Of a DNA stretch of 64,000 nucleotides, positions 1-9,556 are shown piece after piece (within the stretch, counting starts at the first letter, position 1; the number at the start of each line of letters is the position of its first letter). The translations under genes and the position numbers were made by a program. The notes below the pieces were generated by a model. It had not been told where the DNA came from, did no database searches, and worked only from the letters and a program-made list of their open reading frames with translations. Source of the stretch: Anaerolineales bacterium (lineage in GTDB: Bacteria; Chloroflexota; Anaerolineae; Aggregatilineales; J027); NCBI GenBank assembly GCA_020634155.1, contig JACKCI010000001.1, positions 982,711-1,046,710 on the forward strand. Direction: 5' to 3'.

Positions 1-1
1 T

Positions 2-997
2 CTTCCAACGGCCTACTTCCATCTACAAGCAGCCGTCAACCTTCCCTCAACACCTTATAATCTCCAATGGCGCTTTCACGACACCGAATATACATGGGCT
101 TTCGGCCTTTCCTCAACAGGTGCGTGGTCACTCGAATTATCGACCCCCACCACCATATTACGAACAGTCAGTGGGCAATTGGATACGGAGAGTCTACCTG
201 TTGGTCAACGTGCCATCCTCTCATTTGGCTACTATGAGCATGTTTTTGTTGTCCATCTCAACGATACCACCATCACCACTACCCGTATTAGCCAATCCCT
301 GACACCACTCACTCCGGGGACAGTACAACTGGCTTTTGAGAGTGCAACCGACCTTTTGACCATCAGTAATCTATGGTTAACCACCCCTTACTATGCAGGT
401 ACACCCGCCGAAGCAGGTGCATTAGGGCCAACACCGTCTGGTCAACGCATCTATCAGTACACAGGCACTCCCCAAGAGATTATCAACGAACTCCGCACCC
501 TTGGCTACATTGAGGGCAGCGGTGGGATACAGGGTGAAGTTGCCGACGCCTATGTATTTAGTGACCGATCGGGCTTTACTACCTTTAACCTCATTGACCG
601 TTCTTTTCAAAATGTCGTCATCGGCTACCAAGCCAGCCTTGAACAAGGCGTCTCCAGCAGTGCATGTGGGGTGATGTTCCGCCAAACAACAGGCGCGACC
701 TTCGGAGCCGTCTTAGCGACTCCGACTCAAGGGGTATATTTCTTGCAATTCGATGACGGTTATCCAGAGGGGTTAATCCAAGTTAGCCCACAACTGGAGT
801 CAGGGATTGGTCGCGTCAATCATTTCTTGGTAGTTGCCAAAGACGACCGAGGGTACTTGTTCATTAATGGGCGACTACTGGGGGATATCTCTCTCAAAGT
901 AAATAATGGGCGCACATGGTCACAAGTTGTTGTACAACTAGACGGCGAAGCCGCTTATTGTCGGCTCCAGAATTTTTGGCTCTATGCTCTAAATTAG
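2..997 (+). CDS. Hypothetical protein, 5'-truncated by window edge (possible beta-sandwich/LamG-like modules)
   Basis: Frame 2 is open from nt 2 with no stop until TAG 995-997, so the listed start at 179 (a TTG) is probably internal. The upstream translation is protein-like (NLQWRFHDTEYTWAFGLSSTGAWSLE). The segment FLVVAKDDRGYLFINGRLLGD resembles lectin/LamG-type folds. No catalytic motif recognised. Confidence 0.5.
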   Translation, partial: LPTAYFHLQAAVNLPSTPYNLQWRFHDTEYTWAFGLSSTGAWSLELSTPTTILRTVSGQLDTESLPVGQRAILSFGYYEHVFVVHLNDTTITTTRISQSLTPLTPGTVQLAFESATDLLTISNLWLTTPYYAGTPAEAGALGPTPSGQRIYQYTGTPQEIINELRTLGYIEGSGGIQGEVADAYVFSDRSGFTTFNLIDRSFQNVVIGYQASLEQGVSSSACGVMFRQTTGATFGAVLATPTQGVYFLQFDDGYPEGLIQVSPQLESGIGRVNHFLVVAKDDRGYLFINGRLLGDISLKVNNGRTWSQVVVQLDGEAAYCRLQNFWLYALN

Positions 998-1860
998 TCG
1001 CGCAATTCTTTCCAATCCAGTTCATTGTGTTCAAAGACCTCTTGCCAATCAGAGTCGGTCTCGCCTTGGGCAACCAGATGGCGATACCGCCCTGCATGGT
1101 GATAGGCCACCGCCGCATGAGTTGCCATGATCTGAAGTAAACGTACATGGCGCGAACTAAAACCATCAAGTCGGTTAAACAAGGCAATCACGCCTACACA
1201 AGCAGATTGGAGGCGTAGTGGGATAGCCAAAATATTACGCGCCCGTTGTTCCGTCGCAGTCGCCCCACTACCCCGCTCAATAACATTTAGCCATACTGTA
1301 TCTTGAGTTTGGGCTACATGATATAGTAAACCACGTCGAAGCTCTGGGTCGGGCGTCATGCCATAAGGAATAGTGCCACTATAGCCCGCCAAGCGGAACA
1401 CCTCCTCACTGGATTTGGTATAGATAATGCTGCCGCCTGCCCCCAGAAGCGCTACACTTTCCTCAAGTGCCAAGCGTGTTACCTCACCTCGTTTGTAGAG
1501 GGTCGCAAATTGTTGACTCAATCGCTGGTGTATCTGACCTTCTTGCTGGGCTGCTAGGCGCTCCGACTCTTCGGCAATACGTTGGGCCTCATTTTGCAAC
1601 AATATAGTCAACATTTGGGCCATCACATCCCCCAACGCCCGCACCTTGGGGTAATCACGGGCGGTCACCAATCGCCCAACGTATTGCCCCGCTTTTAGCT
1701 CCCAATCATGTGCATCTGTGGGTGGTTTACGGTCAACCGTTTGGAACAGAATCTGGGTTGTGGAATCTAGAACCCACCACCCCGATTGTGGCTCACTGGC
1801 GTTGATGAGTGCCTCTAGCATGGCTGCCAAAGGATATTGGTCAAATAGCCGTTCCAGCAT
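994..1860 (-). CDS. GAF domain-containing protein
   Basis: 288-aa ORF. ATG at 1860 is preceded by GAAGGAG. The C-terminal half has a GAF-like pattern (ILAIPLRLQSACVGVIALFNRLDGFSSRHVRLLQIMATHAAVAY). Confidence 0.7.
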   Translation of the reverse strand: MLERLFDQYPLAAMLEALINASEPQSGWWVLDSTTQILFQTVDRKPPTDAHDWELKAGQYVGRLVTARDYPKVRALGDVMAQMLTILLQNEAQRIAEESERLAAQQEGQIHQRLSQQFATLYKRGEVTRLALEESVALLGAGGSIIYTKSSEEVFRLAGYSGTIPYGMTPDPELRRGLLYHVAQTQDTVWLNVIERGSGATATEQRARNILAIPLRLQSACVGVIALFNRLDGFSSRHVRLLQIMATHAAVAYHHAGRYRHLVAQGETDSDWQEVFEHNELDWKELRD

Positions 1861-1907
1861 GGTCGTTGCTCCTTCGTTCCCCTTCTCAGTTTAGCACATT
1901 TCTAAGT

Positions 1908-1936
1908 TTGACCTTTAGGATACCTACAGCTATGCT
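1908..1936 (+). promoter_or_regulatory. Candidate sigma70-type promoter for the kinase gene pair
   Basis: TTGACC (1908-1913), 17-nt spacer, TATGCT (1931-1936), 27 nt upstream of the ATG at 1963. Confidence 0.35.
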
Positions 1937-1962
1937 AGAGATATTGCGCTGAAAGGTGACCA

Positions 1963-3393
1963 ATGAGCGAAACCCCGAAGATATTTGGACAATTTGAGCT
2001 TATCGAAGTAATAGGTACTGGGGGCATGGCGCGTGTATACCGTGCCCGTCAACTCAACATTGAGCGTCATGTCGCTATCAAAATCATGTCCTCGGCGCTT
2101 TCTGACCAAGAGGAATTTCAGATTCGGTTTAAGCGTGAGGCTGACGTATTTGCCAAACTCGAACACCCCCACATTTTGCCGATCTATGATTATGGTGAAC
2201 AAGCGGGCTTTGTCTTTTTGGTGTTGCGATTGATGGAAGGCGGCACCCTAGAAAAGCGGATGCGTGGCAAGCAACTGGCCCTGACTGACCTCGACAAACT
2301 CGTGTCACAGGTAGCCGAAGCTTTAACCTACGCCCATGAAAATTCCATCGTTCACCGTGACATGAAGCCCAACAATATTTTATTGGATAAATTTGGAAAC
2401 GCTTATTTGATGGACTTCGGCATCGCCAAGATTGTCTCAGAAGCCCAATCCTCAAACATGAGTACGATGCTGGGGACACCTGCTTATATGGCCCCTGAGC
2501 AATGGCGCTTGGAGCCTGTTGACCATCGTATCGACATTTATAGTCTAGGCGTCATGATTTATGAGATGCTGACAGGCAAAATGCCGTTTAATGGTGTTAC
2601 CCCCTATCATCTCATGTATGCTCATCTCCATGAGCAGCCCGCCCTGCCAAGTCAAATTATCTCTAGCCTAACGCCTGATATTGATGCAGTAGTGCTACGT
2701 GCCTTAGCAAAAGAACCCGATGTCCGCTATGACTCAGCAACAGAGTTGGCTAGAGACCTCTCTGAAGCCATCCGTAAGCAGACGCAAGATACCCGTGACA
2801 ACATCGCGTCCCTCAAGGGTGAAGCGCCTGCTCATGACGAAGACCCCAGCGTCAAATCAGATGTCCTTGGCAGCATCCTGTTGGCCCTTGACCGTCCAAA
2901 CAAGCGTGTTTTTGCAGTACCCAAGGTCGAGGACTTTAAGAAAATTACTGCTGCTGACCCCAATAAACCTGTCAGCCGCTCTAAGGGCATCGAAGTTTGG
3001 AGCCTTGATGATATTTTGCAGGAACTAGAAACCGCGCCACCTAAAACGATGGTGAATACCCGTGATTTAGGCGCAGTCATCCGTTCCAGCTTGCAAAACC
3101 AAAGTTACCTTGGCGTCCATTGCCACCCAGTGCGGCTACGGCCCCAATATATGGAATTAACTGGTGAAACGCACGGTTTATTAGTGGCAGATGTCGAGCC
3201 AGCGAGTCTCGCCGAAAAAGCAGGTATACTGATGGGTGATACGCTAATCTCGCTAGATGGCATCCCCCTTCGCAACCAAGATGACTTGATTGTGCTACTT
3301 AGCGGGGAACGGGTGGGTAAAGCGGTGGTAGTGCGGTTTATTCGTGCAGGTCTTTTGCAACAAGTTGATGTTGTCTTAGAAAGCCATACATAG
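1963..3393 (+). CDS. Ser/Thr protein kinase with C-terminal PDZ-like domain
   Basis: Hanks kinase motifs GTGGMARVY, VAIK, HRDMKPNNILL, DFGIAK, GTPAYMAPE. The C-terminus GILMGDTLISLDGIPLRNQDDL is PDZ-like. Confidence 0.9.
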   Translation: MSETPKIFGQFELIEVIGTGGMARVYRARQLNIERHVAIKIMSSALSDQEEFQIRFKREADVFAKLEHPHILPIYDYGEQAGFVFLVLRLMEGGTLEKRMRGKQLALTDLDKLVSQVAEALTYAHENSIVHRDMKPNNILLDKFGNAYLMDFGIAKIVSEAQSSNMSTMLGTPAYMAPEQWRLEPVDHRIDIYSLGVMIYEMLTGKMPFNGVTPYHLMYAHLHEQPALPSQIISSLTPDIDAVVLRALAKEPDVRYDSATELARDLSEAIRKQTQDTRDNIASLKGEAPAHDEDPSVKSDVLGSILLALDRPNKRVFAVPKVEDFKKITAADPNKPVSRSKGIEVWSLDDILQELETAPPKTMVNTRDLGAVIRSSLQNQSYLGVHCHPVRLRPQYMELTGETHGLLVADVEPASLAEKAGILMGDTLISLDGIPLRNQDDLIVLLSGERVGKAVVVRFIRAGLLQQVDVVLESHT

Positions 3394-3399
3394 GCGGTT

Positions 3400-5796
3400 A
3401 TGTATCCTAATTTTTCAGGCCAACGTTTCGGACAATACGAGCTACAATCCATTATTGGGCGCGGCGGGATGGCTTTGGTCTATCGCGCCCGCCAAATCAA
3501 TCTTAATCGTGATGTAGCCGTCAAAATCATTGGGGGGCAGGCCGTTGGTAAAGCCGACTTCATTGCCCGCTTCAAGCGTGAAGCAGACCTTATTGCTCGC
3601 CTTGAACACCCCCACATCCTCCCTATCTATGACTATGGGCAAGAAGGTGAGTTCCTCTATCTTGTGTTGCGACTCATGGAAGGAGGCAGCCTTGACCGAC
3701 GCATTCTCGGCCATCCGCTACCACTCAATGATATTGACCGCCTCATTAAGCAAATCGCCAGTGCGCTTGATTATGCCCACTCGCATGAGGTCGTTCACCG
3801 TGACCTAAAACCGAATAACATTTTGCTCGACAATTTTGGCAATGCCTATTTAATGGACTTCGGCATCGCCAAAATCCTCGGCGGCACCCAGATGACCTCC
3901 ACCAGTACGCTGATGGGTACTCCGTCCTACATGGCACCTGAACAGTGGAAACTTGACCCCGTTGACCATCGCGCCGACGTTTATAGCCTTGGGGTCATCC
4001 TGTATGAGATGCTAACAGGTAAGGTACCATTTGACGCCCCAACCCCCCATCAGTTGATGTATGCTCATCTGCATAAGGACATTCCGCGCCCTAGCGAGAG
4101 CTTACCGGGGTTATTGCCTGCCATCGACAAAATCATCCTCAAAGCCACCGCCAAAACCCGAGAAGACCGCTATAGCACAGCAGGCGAACTCGCCAACGCT
4201 CTTTCAGCCGCCATTGCCAGCCAAGCGGTGGATGCACGTGGAGACTTCACCCCACTAACCATGCGTCCGGTCACGATGATTGAATCATTGCCAACCACTG
4301 CGGGTATGGATGACCCCATGACACGCAATCTTGGTGGAACTCCTGTCGCGCCGCGCCCGATTCCCGCAGCACGTCAAACCATTCCACCACCCATGATGCA
4401 GTCACAGTCCATCAAGCACCGACGGGGTTTAACAACATTGGTCTTGGTAGGTGGTCTAATCGGCATTGCAGTGGTGTTGTTCATGTTGTTTAGCTTTCTC
4501 AATCGGGAAGACAAAGAGAACACCACACCAATCCCGACAACAGCCCTTGTTGCTGCCGAAAACACCACTGAAGCACCTGCAACCGATACCCCGACTCTCA
4601 CGACCACCCCTAGCCCAACTCCCGACGACGGTATCGCACAAACGAGTACCACGGACGCAATCATTGCCATCACCCAAACTGCTGAGATTACCAATGCCAG
4701 CGATACGCCTGAACCTAGCGATAATATCGCCACCTTTGTGCAAATGACCATTGAGGCCGTTGAATCTAGCACACTCACGGCTACCAGCGAGTCTCCAACC
4801 AACACCCTGCCGCCAACCTATACCCAAACAACTGTACCCAATACGGCAACGCCGACTACACGCCCAACCAACACGGCCACCAACACATCAACACCTAGCG
4901 TGACCCCAACCCAAACCGCCAGCGCAACCGTAACATCATCGCCAACACCAACACGGACAGCCACACCTAGCCTAACTGCGACATTCACCCGTCCTGCGCC
5001 AACCAATACCCCTTTCTTCCTTGCTGCCCAGCCAACCGCTGTTCCAGCGTCATATTGCACAGGCAAACCTGTAAGCCAAGTCTCAGTCGGGGTACGTGGG
5101 CGTGTGACTTATACTGATGGCACTGTTACCAACCTACGGACGAATCCGGGTGGGGAAGTCCAGAGTCAAATGGCAGAAGGTACCCCTTTCGATATTGTGG
5201 GTGGCCCTGCATGCACAGCCGACTATACTTGGTGGCAAATTAAGCTAGATAGTGGGGTTATTGGATGGGTTGCTGAAAGTGATGCAAGCCGCTATTTCAT
5301 CGAAATCGACCCAACCTTCTCACGCCCTAGTTTGCGCGTGCTGCAAATTGCCGAGGGTAATGAGGCTGCGATGGTCTTCACTACTCCCAATAGCGCTGGA
5401 ACCATCATCACCCGCCTCGGCATTGGTGACCGTGTGGCATGGGATGGTTATCTCATTGCCCAGAGTGGCAGTACATGGGCCATTGTTAAAACCTATGACA
5501 ACATCAGTGGGTATCTATTATATCGCCCTGACCTTGTAACCGAGGTTGACCCCTATGCCACCACCGCTGGGGTTGCCCTCAACGAGACAGTTACCATTTT
5601 ACCCAGTGGCGATTTTAGCAGTTTACGAGTTACGCCTGACACCAGCGCTGACCGTATCCGTCTCCTGCGTCAAGGAACGGTTATCTCAGTCATTGATGGG
5701 CCATTCTATCAGGATTATGTCATGTGGTGGAAATTCCAACTCAGTGACAATACAACAGGCTGGCTTGCTGATATTCCGGGTTGGTTTAGTTCATGA
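3400..5796 (+). CDS. Membrane Ser/Thr protein kinase with Thr/Pro-rich linker and three SH3b-like extracellular repeats
   Basis: HRDLKPNNILL, DFGIAK, GTPSYMAPE. TM helix LTTLVLVGGLIGIAVVLFMLFSFL. A long TPT-rich linker follows. Three repeats end in W..I/F.L..G..GW (WWQIKLDSGVIGWVAES; WAIVKTYDNISGYLLY; WWKFQLSDNTTGWLAD). Confidence 0.9.
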   Translation: MYPNFSGQRFGQYELQSIIGRGGMALVYRARQINLNRDVAVKIIGGQAVGKADFIARFKREADLIARLEHPHILPIYDYGQEGEFLYLVLRLMEGGSLDRRILGHPLPLNDIDRLIKQIASALDYAHSHEVVHRDLKPNNILLDNFGNAYLMDFGIAKILGGTQMTSTSTLMGTPSYMAPEQWKLDPVDHRADVYSLGVILYEMLTGKVPFDAPTPHQLMYAHLHKDIPRPSESLPGLLPAIDKIILKATAKTREDRYSTAGELANALSAAIASQAVDARGDFTPLTMRPVTMIESLPTTAGMDDPMTRNLGGTPVAPRPIPAARQTIPPPMMQSQSIKHRRGLTTLVLVGGLIGIAVVLFMLFSFLNREDKENTTPIPTTALVAAENTTEAPATDTPTLTTTPSPTPDDGIAQTSTTDAIIAITQTAEITNASDTPEPSDNIATFVQMTIEAVESSTLTATSESPTNTLPPTYTQTTVPNTATPTTRPTNTATNTSTPSVTPTQTASATVTSSPTPTRTATPSLTATFTRPAPTNTPFFLAAQPTAVPASYCTGKPVSQVSVGVRGRVTYTDGTVTNLRTNPGGEVQSQMAEGTPFDIVGGPACTADYTWWQIKLDSGVIGWVAESDASRYFIEIDPTFSRPSLRVLQIAEGNEAAMVFTTPNSAGTIITRLGIGDRVAWDGYLIAQSGSTWAIVKTYDNISGYLLYRPDLVTEVDPYATTAGVALNETVTILPSGDFSSLRVTPDTSADRIRLLRQGTVISVIDGPFYQDYVMWWKFQLSDNTTGWLADIPGWFSS

Positions 5797-7040
5797 GCCT
5801 ACATGAATCCAGTGACCCCATTCAACCACCTGTCGCACCTGCTCCCCCTGTCATATACTCGACTGCCCCCCCTATCAACAAAGTGGAGCGCTTTCGGGAT
5901 GTGATACAGTCGGTGATGGACATCGCGGAGTCGGGCGAATTTCCGACCTCCAATGGCCCAGTGCTGGTCTATCAAGGTAACTTGCTCCAGCCTGCCAACC
6001 AAATCTATCCTATCCTGCAAGAAAGCATTGAGAGCCAAGGCTATACCGTATTCCTGCAACGGAAAAACAACCGTGACGAAATCCTGATTCTCGAAGGCGT
6101 ATTCCAAGCCCGCAATATCCGTGCGCCATGGTGGTTCCACCTTGGCCTATTGCTGGTCACGATGCTAACCACGCTCTATACAGCAGCCATGCTCAATGGC
6201 TACACCGTCGAGGCCATCCGCACCGCCGTTGAACAAAATGACCGCCTCGTCTTGCTACAAATGTACCGCTCGGCCCGCCAATTCGCTTGGCCCCTGTTGC
6301 TCATCTTGGGTGTGCATGAAATGGGTCACTACATCGCGGCCCGCTTCCATAATGTTAAGGTCACGCTACCTTTTTTCATCCCCCTACCCTTTGCGGGGTC
6401 ACTAGGAACACTTGGTGCGGTCATCTTTATAAAAAGCCCTTTCCGCAACCGCAAACAGCTATTTGATGTGGGGATAGCAGGGCCACTGGCTGGATTACTG
6501 GTCGCCCTGCCAATATTTTTGTGGGGTCTTGAACAACCTGCCGCTAATCTCATCCCCCGCCACTGGCTCATCGCCTTTAATCGTGTCAATGTTCCCCCGC
6601 TCCTAGAGTTTGCTGCCAGTTTCACGCGCACTGAGCAACAGGTCGCAGCCCTTGACCGCAGTGTTTTCTATAACCATCCCCAAGCATTGGCAGCATGGTT
6701 CGGGGTGCTTCTCACCTCACTAAACCTACTCCCAATGGGCCAGTTTGATGGTGGGCATGTTGCATTTGCGGTCTTCGGGCGGCGGATAGCATGGCCCTTA
6801 GCAATGGGCGTTGCCATTAGTTGCGTGCTGGTCGGGCTAAGTGGCTTAGGGGGCTACTCTGAGGCATGGCCTATTTGGTTGATATGGCCCGTTTTTGCCT
6901 TGTTAACGGGCTTACGGCATCCTCCACCACACGACGATATCACTCTTATCGGCTGGCCGCGCACGATCTTAGGCATTTTCACGCTCCTCTTGCTAATGAG
7001 CATGATTGTAATCACCCCCTTCTATTCAACATTGCGGTAG
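5793..7040 (+). CDS. Site-2 protease family (M50) intramembrane metalloprotease
   Basis: HEMGHYIAARFH (HExxH) lies in a TM region. A later NLLPMGQFDGGH motif is present. Multiple TM helices. ATGA overlap with the upstream kinase stop. Confidence 0.85.
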   Translation: MSLHESSDPIQPPVAPAPPVIYSTAPPINKVERFRDVIQSVMDIAESGEFPTSNGPVLVYQGNLLQPANQIYPILQESIESQGYTVFLQRKNNRDEILILEGVFQARNIRAPWWFHLGLLLVTMLTTLYTAAMLNGYTVEAIRTAVEQNDRLVLLQMYRSARQFAWPLLLILGVHEMGHYIAARFHNVKVTLPFFIPLPFAGSLGTLGAVIFIKSPFRNRKQLFDVGIAGPLAGLLVALPIFLWGLEQPAANLIPRHWLIAFNRVNVPPLLEFAASFTRTEQQVAALDRSVFYNHPQALAAWFGVLLTSLNLLPMGQFDGGHVAFAVFGRRIAWPLAMGVAISCVLVGLSGLGGYSEAWPIWLIWPVFALLTGLRHPPPHDDITLIGWPRTILGIFTLLLLMSMIVITPFYSTLR

Positions 7041-7061
7041 ACGTTTGGTGATTCTGCACGG

Positions 7062-7090
7062 TTGCCCTTTTGTGGGTTTATTCGCATAAT
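7062..7090 (+). promoter_or_regulatory. Candidate sigma70-type promoter
   Basis: TTGCCC (7062-7067), 17-nt spacer, CATAAT (7085-7090), upstream of RBS AAAGGAG and the ATG at 7120. Confidence 0.35.
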
Positions 7091-7119
7091 TAAAACGTTT
7101 GATTAAAAGGAGCAATCTC

Positions 7120-8313
7120 ATGCCTACCGCCCCCTTAACGATTGGGATTGAAGAAGAATATCAAATTATTGACCCCGAAACCCGTGAGCTAACATCCTAT
7201 GTGCAGCAGTTGATGAATCGCGGGCGTGTTACTTTAGGCGACCAGCTTAAGCAAGAATTTATGCAATCACAAATTGAGGTCGGGAGCCATGTTTGCCGCA
7301 ACATTGAAGAGGCCCGCCAAGAAATCATCCGCCTGCGTCGTACTGTCAACAGTGTTGCTGAAGAACATGGTCGGGTAATTGCCGCCGCCGGCACCCACCC
7401 CTTCTCACGCTGGCAAGACCAAAAATTCTCCGAAGGCCAGCGCTACGATGACCTCGAAAGCACCATGCAGGATGCCGCCCGCCGCCTATTGATTTTCGGC
7501 ATGCATGTGCATATCGGCTTCGGCAAAGATCGGGTCGCCCAAGAATTATTAATTGATGTTTTGAACCAATTGCGTTATTTCTTGCCCCATATCCTTGCCC
7601 TCTCAACCTCATCACCGTTTTGGCACGGGCGTGATACTGGCATGAAGAGCTATCGCAGCCTTATTTTTGAAAACCTGCCGCGCACAGGTTTGCCGCCAGT
7701 CTTTAACAGCTTTGCGGACTATGATCGTTACGTGGATACAATGGCAGCCGTTGGCTCACTTGGCCCTAAAGGTACTGGCAAACCATCCAGTGGCGAAGGC
7801 ACCAAAGATGCCACCAAGATTTGGTGGGATGCCCGTCCTCATCCCAACTGGGGAACGCTCGAAGTCCGTGTCTCAGATATGTGTACCACCATTGACGAGT
7901 GCATGTGCATTGCAGCCCTCATTCAGTCGATCATTGCCAAGCTCATTAAGCTGCGGAACCAAAACATGAGTTGGCGCATCTACCCCTCACATCTCATCTC
8001 CGAGAATAAGTGGCGGGCAGTACGTTATGGCATTGACGGCAAACTGATTGACTTCGGCATTGAGGAAGAAGTACCCATGCGCTTCCTTGCCCGTGAGTTG
8101 TTGGAACTCATTGATGATGTGGTCGATGACCTTGGTACCCGTAAGGATGCGGAGTACATTCTAAAGATGGTCGAAAACGGTACTAGTGCTGACCGCCAAA
8201 CCTCTACCTATCGGCGGGCGTTGAATGAAGGCAAGAGTCAACAAGACGCCATGTTTGCTGTGGTGGATAATCTGGTAGTGGAGACGCGTCGAGGCTGGTA
8301 CGAACAAGGCTAG
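7120..8313 (+). CDS. Carboxylate-amine ligase, glutamate-cysteine ligase family 2 (YbdK-type)
   Basis: IGIEEEYQIIDPETREL N-terminus and GMHVHIG motif. ATG at 7120 with RBS AAAGGAG (7106-7112). The listed 7099 start is a TTG upstream of the RBS. Confidence 0.85.
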   Translation: MPTAPLTIGIEEEYQIIDPETRELTSYVQQLMNRGRVTLGDQLKQEFMQSQIEVGSHVCRNIEEARQEIIRLRRTVNSVAEEHGRVIAAAGTHPFSRWQDQKFSEGQRYDDLESTMQDAARRLLIFGMHVHIGFGKDRVAQELLIDVLNQLRYFLPHILALSTSSPFWHGRDTGMKSYRSLIFENLPRTGLPPVFNSFADYDRYVDTMAAVGSLGPKGTGKPSSGEGTKDATKIWWDARPHPNWGTLEVRVSDMCTTIDECMCIAALIQSIIAKLIKLRNQNMSWRIYPSHLISENKWRAVRYGIDGKLIDFGIEEEVPMRFLARELLELIDDVVDDLGTRKDAEYILKMVENGTSADRQTSTYRRALNEGKSQQDAMFAVVDNLVVETRRGWYEQG

Positions 8314-8315
8314 GC

Positions 8316-8501
8316 ATGAAAGGTACCCGCCGCTTTTTGGCCCTCCTCAATATCCTTGGACATCTCCTGCTCCCGATACTGGCTATTCGGGAGCGGGTAC
8401 TGCCTTGGATGCCTTATCTACGGCCCCTGTATGCCAACCGCGTCGAGATTCGCCAATTTGTACGTGAAGTTCGCCAAATCAACACCCTACTCAGACACTA
8501 G
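8316..8501 (+). CDS. Small hypothetical protein (61 aa), uncertain
   Basis: The ORF starts 2 nt after the ligase stop. Hydrophobic N-terminal segment. No recognisable motif. Confidence 0.25.
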   Translation: MKGTRRFLALLNILGHLLLPILAIRERVLPWMPYLRPLYANRVEIRQFVREVRQINTLLRH

Positions 8502-9556
8502 CAGGTCAGATACCCCAATGTCTCAAAGGTCAGCGGGTCATAAGGCACATCATCCACTCGCGTCTCGTAGTGGAGATGCGGGCCACTGCTATTGCCAGTA
8601 CTTCCACTCCATGCCAGTAAGCCACCTTTGGTAATCACATCACCCACTTTAACATTAAAGGTACTCAGATGAGCATAATAGGTCGCATAAGGGCCATTCT
8701 GCACAATCACTAAGTAGCCATAGCCTATCGTACTCCAATCAGCATATGTCACGATTCCAGTGTGAGTCGAATAGACAGGCGTATCCAAATGTACCCCGAT
8801 GTCAATACCGGGGTGATAGCGGTGAAATCGTTGGGTAAGCACACCCTGCACCGGAAAGCCTGCGGGCGCACACTCCCCCAAGGGTGTCGGCGTGTAGCTA
8901 GGTGTCATAGTCGGGTATGGTGTCAGCGACGGGGTACTGGTTGGAGTAGCAGTGGCGGTAGGGGTATCGGTAGCCGTTGCAGTCGCGGTATAGGTTGCTG
9001 TCAGTGTATCTGTTGGGGTTGATGTTGCCGTGTCTGTCGCGGTGGGGGTCGGTGTCAAGCTCGGTGTAATAGATGGGTGCGGTGTGTCCGTTACTGTGGG
9101 GCTAGGTGTTGTCGTTGGGGTATAGGTCTGAGTCGGTGTCGCGGTCGGTGTATCCGTCGAGGTAGCGGTTAAGGATGGCGTTGTGGTTGGGGTCTCTGTC
9201 AACGTTGGCGTAGCAGTGAATGTGGCAGTTGCCGTGGGCGTCAGGGTGGGTGTAGCCGTGGGGCGTTGCTGACCAGATAACATCGCTCCGACAGGCGGTA
9301 CCCCCGCCACCAGTACAGGCACTTGGTCGCGTCCCGGCAATTCGTAATAGAGTGCTAAGGCCGCCCCCGGCTCCAGCGCACCAAAGAAGCCTTCAGGACG
9401 TGGGGCTGACGGGGTCTGGAGCGTTGGGAGTGGTTGAACGCGTCGGGATGGGGTACGCTGCGGGGCTGCCCATGCCAGCATTACCACCACCCAAACCCCC
9501 AAGCCGAACAAAGCAACTAGGGCCAATCGATGGGCATACTTAGTGGAGAAATTCAA
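8498..9556 (-). CDS. M23 family (LytM-type) peptidase with N-terminal TM anchor and Thr/Pro-rich linker
   Basis: [45 protein letters not shown]. The start is a TTG at 9556, so the start is uncertain. Confidence 0.85.
   Translation of the reverse strand: MNFSTKYAHRLALVALFGLGVWVVVMLAWAAPQRTPSRRVQPLPTLQTPSAPRPEGFFGALEPGAALALYYELPGRDQVPVLVAGVPPVGAMLSGQQRPTATPTLTPTATATFTATPTLTETPTTTPSLTATSTDTPTATPTQTYTPTTTPSPTVTDTPHPSITPSLTPTPTATDTATSTPTDTLTATYTATATATDTPTATATPTSTPSLTPYPTMTPSYTPTPLGECAPAGFPVQGVLTQRFHRYHPGIDIGVHLDTPVYSTHTGIVTYADWSTIGYGYLVIVQNGPYATYYAHLSTFNVKVGDVITKGGLLAWSGSTGNSSGPHLHYETRVDDVPYDPLTFETLGYLTC

Noticed and set aside
4374-5066. Periodic ACC/CCA/ACG DNA that looked like a tandem repeat or array, and the antisense ORFs it creates.
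   Set aside because: The periodicity is codon-level (Thr/Pro linker) within the continuous kinase reading frame. It is not spacer-repeat architecture, so it is not a CRISPR array or satellite.
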